Shown here piece after piece: positions 12,290-24,259 of a stretch of 64,000 nt of DNA. The stretch lies in NCBI GenBank assembly GCA_047967505.1, contig CM106538.1, one strand, 5' to 3'. Positions within the stretch are counted from its first letter, which is position 1. Every line of letters begins with the position of its first letter. The notes below the pieces were generated by a model. It was not told where the DNA came from, ran no database searches, and was given only the letters and a program-made list of their open reading frames with translations. A program made the position numbers and the translations under genes. The stretch is from Dipteris shenzhenensis (lineage: Eukaryota).

Positions 12290-15200
12290 ATGTGAGTTCC
12301 ATGTTGTTTATTAATATTGATTCCAGTTTATTTAGAAGAAGAATGAATTTCTAACTAATGAATTTTTTTTGTAGCTATCTTTTGTGAATGAAAGAAAACA
12401 TACACTTACCCCACTCATTCAGAGTTTAATGAGGGGGGTGTTTTTATGTATGTTTTGCAAAATGTCTCTTTCTTGGCCAAAGGAACACTATGTGTTTTTG
12501 ACTTTACGGTCCTAGATGAGGTGCCAAAAGGATCAAAGGAAGGGGAGCTTGCAACTGCCTTCACAAGCCAAGTAGCAAAACTTGGCTATGGAACACACAT
12601 TGGTGCACTATATATTCATGCTTTTCTACTCCATTTGCAATAACTAACAATCTTTGCCTATAATTTTGTAGATTTTTGTAGTCCTTCACTTCACAAACAT
12701 CAATGCCAAATTGATTGAGTATGTTTGTGATACTTGTGGAGGTGCACGTGTTATTTATGACGTGAGCCATCCTTTTTGTTACAGCTATAAAGGCCCTAAA
12801 GCCATCTCTATTGAGGCTTGCTTGACTAGAAATATTTTGCAATGCGATGGTGAACATGCGCGTGTTCATATTAGAGGAGAATAGGTTGATTTAGTACTTT
12901 GTCTAGAATTCCCTTTTCTAGAACTATATCAACATGATGTAATTGATGCACCATGAAATTCAAGAGTGTGAAACCTAGTGGCAGCTTTACTGCCAATAGC
13001 TCAAGATTTGTGATAGCATTTTAGGCGGATGTATGATGAACTTATTGTCATTATCCTAAGCTATATTTGAATTTGGTTCTTCATTTTGTAAGACTTTGTT
13101 TTGAAAGTTTTGAATCAATGGGTTTGAAAAAGCTTCTTACCTTGGAAGGTTTAAAACTAATTGTTTCCTTCTATGACTTTAGACCTTATAACAATGACAT
13201 TGTACATTGTCTCTTGGAACTTCTCCCTTCTTGGCAATATGATAGTTTAATATTTGATTTATACAAACATATTGTCATAGAAGATAAACTTGAAAAAGGC
13301 CCTTGCCGAACAATATATTTTCCACAAGAAGATTGCGAAAAAAATACTTTGGATTATGAGAATTTTAAAATGATGAGTCTTCCTACTATAACTCATGTGC
13401 ATTGATGGTTGATATTCTTGCAAAAACTTCATTAATGCAAAAGTGTTGCTTTGATTTGAAATGTTATAATGGGATCACATTTTCCATCATTGCAACTATT
13501 GGTACTTCAACACAAAGGCAAGAGCATCCAATTCTACTAAATGAAAGCACAACACTTTTACAATTGCGCCTCTTATCAATTTCAATAAAAAGTGCCCTTA
13601 CATTGCATGGTGTGAAGAAGATGAAAAAATATTATGTGACTTGATTCTAAGTTTGCCAACTAAAGAGATCGCACAAATGTATAGCATACACTATTCTCAA
13701 GATTCTCAAGAAATGTATGAGCATTAGAGTGTCATTAACAAAATATACAATTTGAAGAAAAATTGGTTTGCAACACAACAAAATGATAGAACATTTACCT
13801 CTTCGGATTTTGGAATTTAAATTTTGAGATCTTACTTGTAGGCCATAGACTAGAGTCCATTGTCTCTATACAATAATCTTTAATGTTACAAAATTTTTTG
13901 TAACATTAGTCCCTATATTTAAAGAACACAACACCCTTCAAAAAAAAGGGGTTTTCCCTTCAAAAGAATGGAAAGAGATAAATGAACCTTCAAAATAAAA
14001 TAGAATTACAACATTGGAAAACATTTCTTGTAGTTATTTTGAGAAAATAAAAAACATATTAACTAGAAGGATGATCCTTCAAAATGAAATTCTAGCCTAC
14101 CCTTCAAATTTGAGGCCTGACAAAACTCACTTGAGGCTAGAGCTTTAATGATGCACTTGGTCTCCTTTGTTATAGACTAGGACATTAACATGCATATATG
14201 TTGTGGTCTTTTGAAATTCTTGTGCAATATGAAAAAGATAACATCACAAGTTGAGTCTTTCTTACATTCTCATGGTTTTGAAGATATTGATAAAACAACA
14301 AATAATACTCTACCATGTTAGTTATGTTGCCATCAAATTCCAAAAGGAAAGTACCCCATGCTATCTTTTAAAAACATGAAGTTTACATCTAAAACATTAC
14401 ATACTTCTCAACTAAATGACCTTGAAGCTAGGCTAATATCTAGAAAAATATCTTTAAGAATACCATTTGATAAGAGTTAACATATAAAGGTGAATGTGGA
14501 CTACGTGGAAGTGTGGTCAATGTATTTGTAGATGTTGACAGAGCACAAAATGTACTCCCTCATTATCTAGACACAAATGACAATGTGGCACTTGTAATAA
14601 GATACAAACTTTCATACAATCATAATTACATGAGTGGGTTGGTGCAACCATCACATTAACAATGCTTGCACTAAATAAATTACTTGCAAGCAAATTGTAT
14701 CAATAATACAAAGTCAAAATAAATCCAAGTTGGATAGATAACATAAAGGAAGATCCACATTGTGAAGAGCTTGCATTCCCTCCTAAGCTATTCTTTGGCA
14801 ATGGACATTATTACAAAATTAATGAACGTATATCCAATCAAGAAATTCCGTCATGAGAGCTAACAAATAATGATCGGCGTTTTCCATTTTCAATAGAATA
14901 TCTTTTCTTCAAAACAATGAAAATTTTTAGTTAGATAGCATACAACTTCTACATACCACTCCACCGTTTGTTAATTACCTCATGGTGAGTTACTACAAAA
15001 TGCACATGGTTGTCTCCACATGTTTGGCACGAACAAGTTTGGAAGCTACTTTGGGTCCTAGTGGGGCCTCTAAGGGGTGGGCTCTCATTTGTTTCTAGGC
15101 ATTGCATATTAATCATTTGCAATCAATGGCATAAATATTTGTGGCATATTCATATATCTAGATGAATCCAAGAACATGCCCAAACTCGTCCTCTAAAAAC

Positions 15201-15919
15201 AATGGTGCAGTTTCAATATCATGATAGTCATTCACAAGGTTGAAACTATAAAATCCATCATGCATAGCAGGGACTAGCTACTATGACATCCCTACTGACA
15301 TCATCAGTGCCCAATAGTGGGTGCAGCAGACCACAGTATAAATATATGCGCTCACACATACAAATCCACACACCTACACATACTTGAGCATTCATTTATA
15401 CAAACATGCCCAAGGCCACAAAATGATTGCTTTGTAAACATTTAGAATTCCAAACGTTTGGAATGGTCAAAGTTTGGATGTACCCATGCAAGTTTGCACT
15501 AATCACAAGACTAAAGAATCAAGCACAACTGGGAAGTGTGACTCTAGTATCACAAGGTAACTTTTTAGAATTGTCCTAGAATTATTACAAAATAAACAAG
15601 TAAATGCTGCAGCTGACAAACTTTTAGTATGCTCTATGCTTGATATGCATTTTGGCTTGAGCAACACGAAGAAGTTGATCTAGAATGTTCCGGTTTGAAA
15701 GCCTTGAAAACCGCACAATTGCACACCTGCTCTGGGTTTGCATGCAAAAGGACTAAACAAAAGGGATAACATTTTTCACCAAAAAAGCACTTGAAGATAC
15801 AAACATAGAAAGAATTCTTCAATCCAAAATAGGTTTACTTAGGCCACCTTCTTTTTTTGTCACTATCTCAGTAGCACTGAGAAAGAATTTGGTAACCATT
15901 ACTTGATTGTCTACAATCT

Positions 15920-16186
15920 TTGACACCAATTCAAGAAGGTAACCCATCATTAAACATAAGCACATACATACATAATCTAATACGAGTTGTTCCAGTCATC
16001 ACAGTGCAATACTATGTGCATAGATTCCAAGCTCTTAAAACATTGCTGAAAAGAGATAATAGGATCTTAGGAAAAACACAAGATTTATTTTTTGTAACAG
16101 AATTTCAAAATAGAGGAAGCCAACATGACCATGGGCTAGTATGTATTGAAGATGCACCATTGCAAGGTCAAGCAACATATGGATAA
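15920..16186 (+). pseudogene. Helitron Rep HUH endonuclease fragment
   Basis: LIRV(D)PV...YYVHRF...LGK.QDLFFVTEFQNRGSQHDHGLV.IEDAP matches the EFQxRGSxHxH motif. Twin at 45533-45790. Confidence 0.88.
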
Positions 16187-16374
16187 ATTGAAGAGTTTGC
16201 TAATAAATACATTACACAAAACATCGTATGAATCAATTTCATGATCCCTTTCTTTTAACAAAAATCTATATGCCAAACATTGAGTACTATTCAAACTTTA
16301 GAAAATTGATTGAGGAACAACGTATAATCATAAAAGATGTAATGCTTTAAAAATGAATTCACCCAAGCAATCCT

Positions 16375-16785
16375 TTGCACCTATTCTTAACTAGCAATGG
16401 TGGTACAGGCAAAACTTTCACATTAATGTTATTAGTGCAAGAACATCTAAGATACTATAACTATAAAGAAACAACAAACTTAGACCTACCACGTGTTCTC
16501 CTTCTAGCATATATAGGCAAGGCAACATTCAACATTGGAGGTTTAACTATCCATGCTACTCTTCACTTACCTTTAATGACCTCAGAGTACACAAGCTTGT
16601 TTGCAAAAAAATTGCAAGAATTGTCTCATCTTTACAAAGACCTTGAATTGATTGTGTTTGTTGAAGTCTCATTGATAGGGCCAAATACATTCTTAGCTGT
16701 TGACATGAGACTAAGAGAAATCAAACACAATCATCTTCAACCATTTGGTGGAATAAATGTTCTATTGTGTGGTGATTTGTGCTAA
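16375..16785 (+). pseudogene. PIF1-family helicase fragment
   Basis: Walker A GGTGKT, motif Ia AYIGKATFNIGGLTIH, degenerate Walker B (VEVSLIG), motif III PFGGINVLLCGDL. Twin at 45988-46398. Confidence 0.92.
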
Positions 16786-16867
16786 GCAAGTCCCACCAAG
16801 ACTCATGGATCTTCCTGTAGAATCATTCAAGGTCTACCCTAGCAACAACATCTTTTTGGAAAGAAAA

Positions 16868-16896
16868 TGTGTGTGTGTGTGTGTGTGTGAGAGAGG

Positions 16897-16950
<54 letters not shown>
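16868..16950. repeat. Compound (TG)n(GA)n microsatellite
   Basis: Seen directly. The twin at ~46,478-46,556 has longer TG and shorter GA tracts. Confidence 0.95.
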
Positions 16951-16952
<2 letters not shown>

Positions 16953-18111
16953 TAGATGAAGGGGATTTTGCATGCTAAAGATTAGTAAAGGGACTCTTCA
17001 TGAGAGTTCATTTTGTGGTGACATGACAATATTAAAAGCTATAAGACACCTCATGGATGACATAGTAATAGGGAATTTCAAGGGGGGAAGGTCATGGATG
17101 ACATCATGGGAGAAAAGTCACATTTAGAGAGGAGACATCCCAATTTCAAAATAAGAACATTGAGAAAAATAAAGTCTAAAGGTGGACACTTGGATCAACC
17201 ATTTTAAGAGAGCCACTTGGGGTGATGAAGAAAAGGGAAATTTTAGTGGAGGACTTGTCTAGACATGAGATTCCGGTCAAACAATTTTAATGGGGGTAAT
17301 CCTAAATAGCCTTCATTTTCGGGCTTTAAAGTGACCCCTTTTTCGTGAGTTTTGCTTCAATACCCCAATTCTTGATCCCCCCCCCTCTTGCCACCCCACC
17401 CTTTTTAACCTGGCTCACGACACTCAACACTCCCTTGCCCCTTAGTAATCCATATAAATGGATGCATTACTCAAGATTTGTGAGCTATTTTGGCAAGGGT
17501 CCGCCCGTACTCATTCATCCACCACTAGGCCAAGACGCTATGCCAAATTCTTGATATTTAAAAACCTCAATTCTTGAGAAGAGCACTTTTTTATACATTA
17601 GAACCTCATTTACTCCCTTATATGAATAAAATTTATTCTTTTTTGCACTGGAAAAAAAACCTCCGTTCTTTGTGAATTTATCCACTACTGTAGAAGTGCT
17701 CAGAACTTGAGAAGGGTCTTCTGGAGTTTGTTTTGAGTGTCGGTATTTGCTGTGTGTAGCACCCCACTCACCATGGAGAACTCTTTAGGTAGGCAGCATA
17801 GTGGAACCAAACTTCCTTTCTGCGTCTCGTTGAGCAACATGGCACACTGTAAATAGCAACCCCAAACCCACATGAGGGAATCCTATATTTGATGTTGCTA
17901 GATACTACCTCCGTGGGTCTAGTTTCTCTCCCTCCTTTCTTGTTAAGCAGGCAGCACAGTGGCCTGAAACGAGATTCTACCTGCCGAGCCTGACACCGTT
18001 TACTACTCTGTGCCCGGTTAGTGTGAGTGTATAAATAGATGATAAGTGAACCGTTCAAAGAGTCTTGTATAGTGTCTGAGTGAAGAGGTTGAAAGTCAAG
18101 AGTTCAATTCC

Positions 18112-21100
18112 ATGGCTTGCGGCATTGCCCAGCTCAAGGTTGGCGAGCCCCATGAAGCTCTCCAACTCCTCCATCTCCCCACGAATCCTCCGCCCCCAGC
18201 TCCTGGCTTCGTCCTCATCCGCATCACCATCTGCCCCATCCACCCCTACGACCTCATGGAGATCTCAAGGAGGAGGTACGTGGAACAACCACCAGGTTTT
18301 GTGATCCCCGGTTCAGAAGGTAAAGTTTGTAAACTGAAGAAGGTACTTTACGAGCTGAAACAGCCCCACGAGCGTGGTACCAGTGGATTGATGCCTACTT
18401 TTTGCAAAACGGGTTCAGGAGGAGCCCATCTGATGCAAATTTGTATATCTTCAGAGAAGGAGGCAGGTGTATGATCGTGGTCCTTTATGTGGACGACCTT
18501 GTCATAACAGGGAACCATGAAGAGAAGATCTCACAGACAAAGCATTTGCTAGGAAGAGAGTTTGAAATGACAGACCTCGGACTGATGCATTTCTGTTTGG
18601 GGATTGAAGTTTGGAAAGAGCCAAAATAGATCTTCATCTCATAGCTGAAGTATGTTGAAGAGATACTGAAGGCATTTGGCATGGCTGAGTGCAAGACAAT
18701 TGGCACCCCTATGGAGGTTGACGTGAAGCTCTCAAATGAGGATTCATCACCACTGGTAGACGAAGCGAAGTACAGAAGGCTTGTGGGTAGCTTGATTTAC
18801 TTGTGCAACACGCGGCCGAACATCAGCTTTGCGACTAGTGTACTATGCAGGTTTTCCAATAAGCCCTCGGAGAACCATTGGAGGGCAGGGATGCGAGTGC
18901 TAAAATACATCAAAGGCACACTTGATTATGGCATCACCTATACCAAGGGCAACATCTTGACCAGATTCTGTGACTCGGATTGGGCAGGAGATGTGGACAG
19001 CAGGAGATCAGTGACAGGTTACTGTTTCTCACTTGGATCTGGAGCTGTGTTATGGGTCAGTAAGAAGCAACCCACAGTTGCTCTTTCTTCTACCGAGGCT
19101 GAGTACAAATCAGCATGTTTTGCTTCTTGTGAGGTAGTGTGGTTGAGGAGGATTTTAGGGGACATGGGTGCAGTGCAGAACAAGCCTACACAGTTATCAT
19201 GTGACAATCAAAGTTGCATGGCAATTGCAAAGAACCCTGTGTTCCACACTCGCACAAAACACATTAAGATTCAATATCACTTTGTATGCGAGCTCATCAT
19301 GGATAGAGAGATCAACTTAGTGTACTGTCCGACTGTACTGTCCGACTACAGAGAATGCTGTGGACATCTTCATGAAGGCTCTTGGAAGAGGATTGCTGGA
19401 GAGGCATCTTCATTGACTTGGCATTGGGCCGAAAAAGTAAGTTCACTTGCGGCGGGTGGACATTGAGGGGGGGTGCTAGATATCAATGCTCCACTCTCAT
19501 GTAACTATGTGGGAACCACCTAACTCTACTTGTAAGCCCCCCATATGAGGAGAAGGCATTTGAGTAGCTCACTTATCCGGTAGGTCGTGGTTTGGACACT
19601 AGATGGGGGCCATGTGTGGCCTGATGGTTGGACAGCTTCAGATAGAGTTGGCACACTGCCAACTAGGCTACATGCAAGTGCGGGAAGGCATCCCATGATT
19701 GACCGTACTGAGGGTAGACGGAGCATTTCCTGGGGCAGCCCACTCTCGGGTTGTGGGGCTTGTTTGGAGCCCCAGATGATCCCGGATGGGCCGAACGGAG
19801 ACCGTAGGTTAGTTGCTCTATTTTGCGCCACGGTTCTATCATGTGGTCGGTGGCCTATTTCAGGATTGATCCCCAGTTGGCCGTTTTGGGTAGACTGGGT
19901 CGGTCAACCAATTGGGTCTGACTGACTACGACTGGTGGCTATATAAGAGCAAGCCCGTGAAGCCCATTATCATCACTTGCTACAGCAACCTTGATTCCTT
20001 AGCATCCAGCCTCCGTCCTCTACTATTTCCAGCATGCCATCGAAGCTTCTCTCACATGAGTGCACGGTTGGGAGGCAGTGCCATCTATTGTATCAGTTTT
20101 ATAGTAATCAAATTTTTGATTCTCCATACTATCTACTTTTCTCTCTTGCATATAGGATCCTATTACCTGTTGAGCACAGAGGTTGTATTGTTTTCTTACA
20201 AGTACAACTTCCCTGTACTCTTGGTATCTCCACTAAGGCCCATAATCCCCAGATGGTTTATGCATTAACACATGGCACTCACGGTGGACTGTGCAAACCC
20301 ACAACTTGCAACAATCCCTGAATCAGACCAACCAAGTGCATGTGTAAACAATCATTTTGGGAATTGCCTAGGAAGAGAACCTGAAATCATAGTGAGTGTT
20401 GACTTACATCCGGACTCTTCAATGTGGAGCTAAAAACAACTGAGAAATTTGAATCTATTAAACAACAAATATATTGTTTTTTTTTTCCCGCTACCCTTGG
20501 CAGAAGCTCTACTACTCATTGTTTGGATCAGTATTGCCTGGACCTGCTTCATCATTGTTTGGAGTAGTATTTCTCAAACTTGTTTCGTCTCTTGCATCAA
20601 CATCACGTATTATAATGTCCTGAATACTTGAAACCATGCCGCTATGGTAGTCTTTAGAGCTGCCATGATTTCTTAATTTCGAGCCCGTTAGTGCAGTTCT
20701 TTTCTTCTCATAATACTTTCCTGTATCTTCCACCACATTGAAGGAAACTTTCTTAATAGATAAATTTGATTTCAAAAAAGCTAATCCCCATTTAACAATG
20801 TTATGAAGTATCAAGGACCTCTAGATGTGACATATTATCCATTGCATTTTAAATGACCCCTTCACTAGTCAACTTAATACCACACAAAGAAGGGGTCATT
20901 CTGAGCATAGCCCTTAAATATGTAAACAAGGCCAACAAATCTTACACTTGAAATTCAAAAAAACAAAATATTGATGTGCACCCCAACCTAAATCCTGACC
21001 CTAAATCCTAAACCCTAACCCTAAACCTAAATTCCAAACCCAAAATCATAAACGTACCTCCAACTTGTTGCACATGCAACAAGTTTACGTTCTCTTGAGT

Positions 21101-21910
21101 GAGGACCAGATTGTTGCGGTTCCAGACAGCGTCAGTGATGAATCGGCTGCCCAATTTGCCCTCAACCCCTGGACGCTATATGGACTTCTCGATGAACTCG
21201 CCGTTCCGAAAGGAGAAAATGTTCTGCAGACGGCTGCAGCTTCAGTTCTTGGCAGGTGAGCATCCCTCCCTTCCCAACATTTGCACTAGTAATAAATTCC
21301 ATTGCTTAAGGTGGGAGTTTACTGTTGTTGTCAAGTTGGCTAATCTTGATAGTGGTCGAGGGAGTTCCCCTGTCAATGAACGAGAACTCCTCCTCCCTCC
21401 GGTTCCTCTTAAGAAGTGGCCCTAAAGTATGGGTCAATACTCCAACACTGGTAAAGGATAAGGCCTTGGGTATTGGAGGTTCTCAGATAAGGGAGGGATC
21501 CTTCACAAGAAAAGGGATGGCACGATACTGAGTATATTCGAATTTGCAGGCAGCTCATTCAGTTGGCGAAGCATTGGGGGATAAACACAATCAATGTCGT
21601 GCGGAACGACAGATGGAAGGAGGAGCTAAAAGCGCTTGGGGCAGACGAAGTGATTAACTCCGAGAGCGAAGGTTAGTTAATTACCGCAAGTATCTATAAT
21701 GTGCTGCCGAGTGGCTCCGTCCTTTTGCTGCCAAAAAAGATTTTCGCGTGGAGCATTCCAACCCCAAAGTTTAATGCGTACAAATAGCTTGTGAAACACA
21801 GCTTGATGTAGACTACGTATTTTGCAGACATAGTCCAAAGGGTGAAAGAAATTACAGGCGGCAAGCTGGCATATGGAGCTCTAGATGCTGTTGGGGGTTC
21901 TCTAACGAAG

Positions 21911-21952
<42 letters not shown>

Positions 21953-22416
21953 GTCTTCCATCGCCGAAACAAACTCAATGCTTGTGCGCGTTATCTCTTT
22001 AACCGCTATCCTGCTTCTCTAAAAACTCACCAGCACAGAACTGGCACTAGCATGTCGAGATTTTGATCGTAGCAGGCCACTCATTTTGTTAAAATGTTGT
22101 CGTCGCTGCAGGCCGTGGCGGCGAGTGTACGAGCTGGTGGCAGAGTGTTTGTATATGGATGCTTGTCCGGTTTTGATATCGCATTGAGCGTATTAGACAT
22201 GATCAGAGGAGTGACAGTGAGCTGGTGGGAAGTTACAAATTAGATTAACTCTAGTGCAAACAAACAAGCTCATGTATGCAAAGAAGTGATGAAGTAATGG
22301 AGGACAAGGTGATCACACCTCTTGCAGGGAAGAAATTTGCGTTGGAAGATTTTGATGCAGCAATTGAAGAGTCCGAGAAAGAGAAAAGGGGGGGCAAGGT
22401 GTTTCTCATTAGCTGA
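18112..22416 (+). pseudogene. Disrupted duplicate of the MDR/ETR-like oxidoreductase gene
   Basis: Exon 1 is cut at 18259. A 2.8-kb foreign segment replaces the rest of exon 1, intron 1 and the start of exon 2, and the gene resumes at ~21087. There is a TAC>TAG stop at 22241-22243 and a 1-nt deletion at ~22295 relative to copy B. Confidence 0.95.
18260..20270 (+). mobile_element. pol: Ty1/Copia RT-RNase H-PPT-3' LTR fragment (family 2) lying inside the pseudogene
   Basis: Motifs YVEQPPGF, LYVDDL, CDSDWAGD, ALSSTEAEY, RTKHIKIQYHF. PPT GAGGGGGGG precedes LTR 19474-20270 (TGCTA...TAACA, TATATAA near 19940). There is no 5' LTR and no TSD. Confidence 0.93.
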
Positions 22417-22974
22417 AGTGTGCAAATGCTGAATATTCATCAAGGCCTAATATATGTCTCCATGCTTACCCCTTTCTCCATTAAGGTTTTTAGCAAAACT
22501 CTGACATTCTTTGGCGTTCTACTTTTTGATGTGTCGTACAAGGAGAGGGCTAATTAGTGAAATTGGGATTTAGAATTGAAAGTAGCTTTCATTCAAAAGC
22601 TTACTTTTCTCCAGTTTCATTGGAGTAGTACATGATTGAAATCTTGCCCGCTACTCGATGATGTATTCGGTGCCCTTTGCTTAGGTTAATAGGGCATTGT
22701 GCTACTTTGATTAATACAAATGTCTAATAAAACTCATCGTGGATGCCTATTTATGGTTTATCTTACTTCTAAGATCTATAATCTATAATCTACAATCAAT
22801 ATGCCAACATTTTTTCCTTTTTGCCTCATTGGCATTGCATTTTTTAAATTCACATTACTAATGGACCTTTGGTAAGCTTGATTAAAGAGACTCTAACCTA
22901 CTACCTAACCCAACCTACTAACATAACCCAAGTGAACCTCACATAGCACTGATGTGAGCTAACCTAACATATGG

Positions 22975-23520
22975 GAAGGAGAGGGAGAGGCGTAGGGGAA
23001 GGGAGGAAAGGGGGGGAAAGCTCGGGGAAGAGATGGGCAAGGGGAAGAGGAAGGGGGGGACACAAAGGGGCAAGTGAGGGGAAGGGAAGGAGGATACAGA
23101 TAGGAGGGGAAGGGGAAGAGAGAGGAACAATGATGGGGCAATAGGGAGGGCGAGGGAGAGACAGACATAAGAGAGGGGGAGGAAACATGAAAGAAGAGGG
23201 GGGGGGGGACAATGACATTGACGGAAGGGGCCGCTCAGTGGTGAAGGGGGAAGGAGACACTAAGCATGTGAGGGAGGGAGAGGGAGGCATTTAGCAAGGG
23301 GGCATAGAGCAACGGACAACAGCCAAGAGAGGGAGAGAGGCAAAGGGAACGAAATAGAGAGGTGCTCAGCAAGGGCGTCAGAGCGCTAGGGAAGGCAGAG
23401 GGATGGAGACGGGATGATAGGGAGAGGAGGGGAGAGATGGACATAGAGGGGGAGGGAACATGAAAGGGGGGGGGGGCAGATGACGCTAAGGGAAGGGACC
23501 GCTTAGCGAGGATAAGGGTA
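22975..23520. repeat. Purine-rich low-complexity tract with a degenerate internal repeat (period ~275 bp)
   Basis: The block GACATA.GAGGGGGAGG.AACATGAAAG...GGAAGGG.CCGCT.AG occurs at ~23,165-23,240 and ~23,440-23,510. Confidence 0.7.
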
Positions 23521-24259
23521 AGGACTCTGGTAACCCATCTTCTTCTGATGATAAAAAGAGAAAGAAGAAGATCAAGTGCTTCTATTGCAACAAGGTAGGG
23601 CACAAGCAGAATGAGTGCCTAAAGAAGATTGCAGATGAGAAGAACGGAGTAAAGAAAGAGTCTAGCAACAGTGCGCAGGCAGTACCAGTAGAGCTGTTCA
23701 TAGCAATTGAGGAGATTTACACAGAGGCAGTTCATGTACTTGCAGAAGAACCTTGGATAATTGACAGTGGTGCATCGCGCCACATGACCAGTTGGAAGGA
23801 TTGGTATACCTCTCTACAGCCGATATCAAGAGGAACTTGTTGTCCGTTTCTGCTATCACAGATCGGGACTTCAAAGTAAAATTCAATAAGAATGGTGCAC
23901 AGAAATCGGATCTTCAAGGGAAGGTCGTTGGTAAAGGTACACGGCGCAACAACATCTACGAACTCTTAGCTTTCAGTGCTCGAGCCGATGTGAAGAACAC
24001 TAAGCTGTGGCATGAGAGCTTGCATGATGGGCAAGCAGCATTGGCAGCCATTTCCTAAGGAGGCCAGCAGGGCAAAGGCTCCTCTAGAGCTTGTTCACAC
24101 GGACCTCTATGGAAAGATGGAGATGGAAGCTTTGGGTGGTTCCTACTACTTCATGATGCTGATCGACGACTACAGTAGAAGGATATGGTTATACTTCCTG
24201 AAGACTAAAGATGAGGCTTTTAGTAAGTTCAAAGAATGTAATGGTCAAGAAAGAAACTG
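23520..24259 (+). mobile_element. pol: Decayed Ty1/Copia gag zinc knuckle, protease and integrase N-half
   Basis: CFYCNKVGHKQNEC (~23,580), WIIDSGASRHMT (~23,755), RNLLSVS, LELVHTDLYG...IDDYSR. Several internal deletions. Ends abruptly at ~24,259. Confidence 0.9.

Larger units (their letters stand above)
10798..16785 (+). mobile_element. Decayed, internally deleted Helitron-superfamily element (Helentron/Helitron2-like), copy A
   Basis: In order: RPA/OB-fold-like ORF (11741-12289), DUF6570-like segment (~14,380-14,657), HUH Rep motif (15920-16186), PIF1 helicase motifs (16375-16785). Termini were not identified, so boundaries are approximate. Confidence 0.8.
1..23024 (+). repeat. Copy A of a large direct segmental duplication (partner ~33,675-50,076; the inserted piece 18,260-21,086 matches 50,116-52,949)
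   Basis: Near-identical ORF pairs: 2255/35857, 9489/39093, 11741/41343, 16375/45988, 18080/47694, 21099/48156. Offsets step from 33.6 to 29.6 to 27.1 kb at identifiable indels. The left edge lies outside the window. Confidence 0.97.

Noticed and set aside
18260-21086. Ordinary Copia insertion into the gene
   Set aside because: It starts mid-RT, includes non-element flank, has no TSD and is accompanied by loss of gene sequence.
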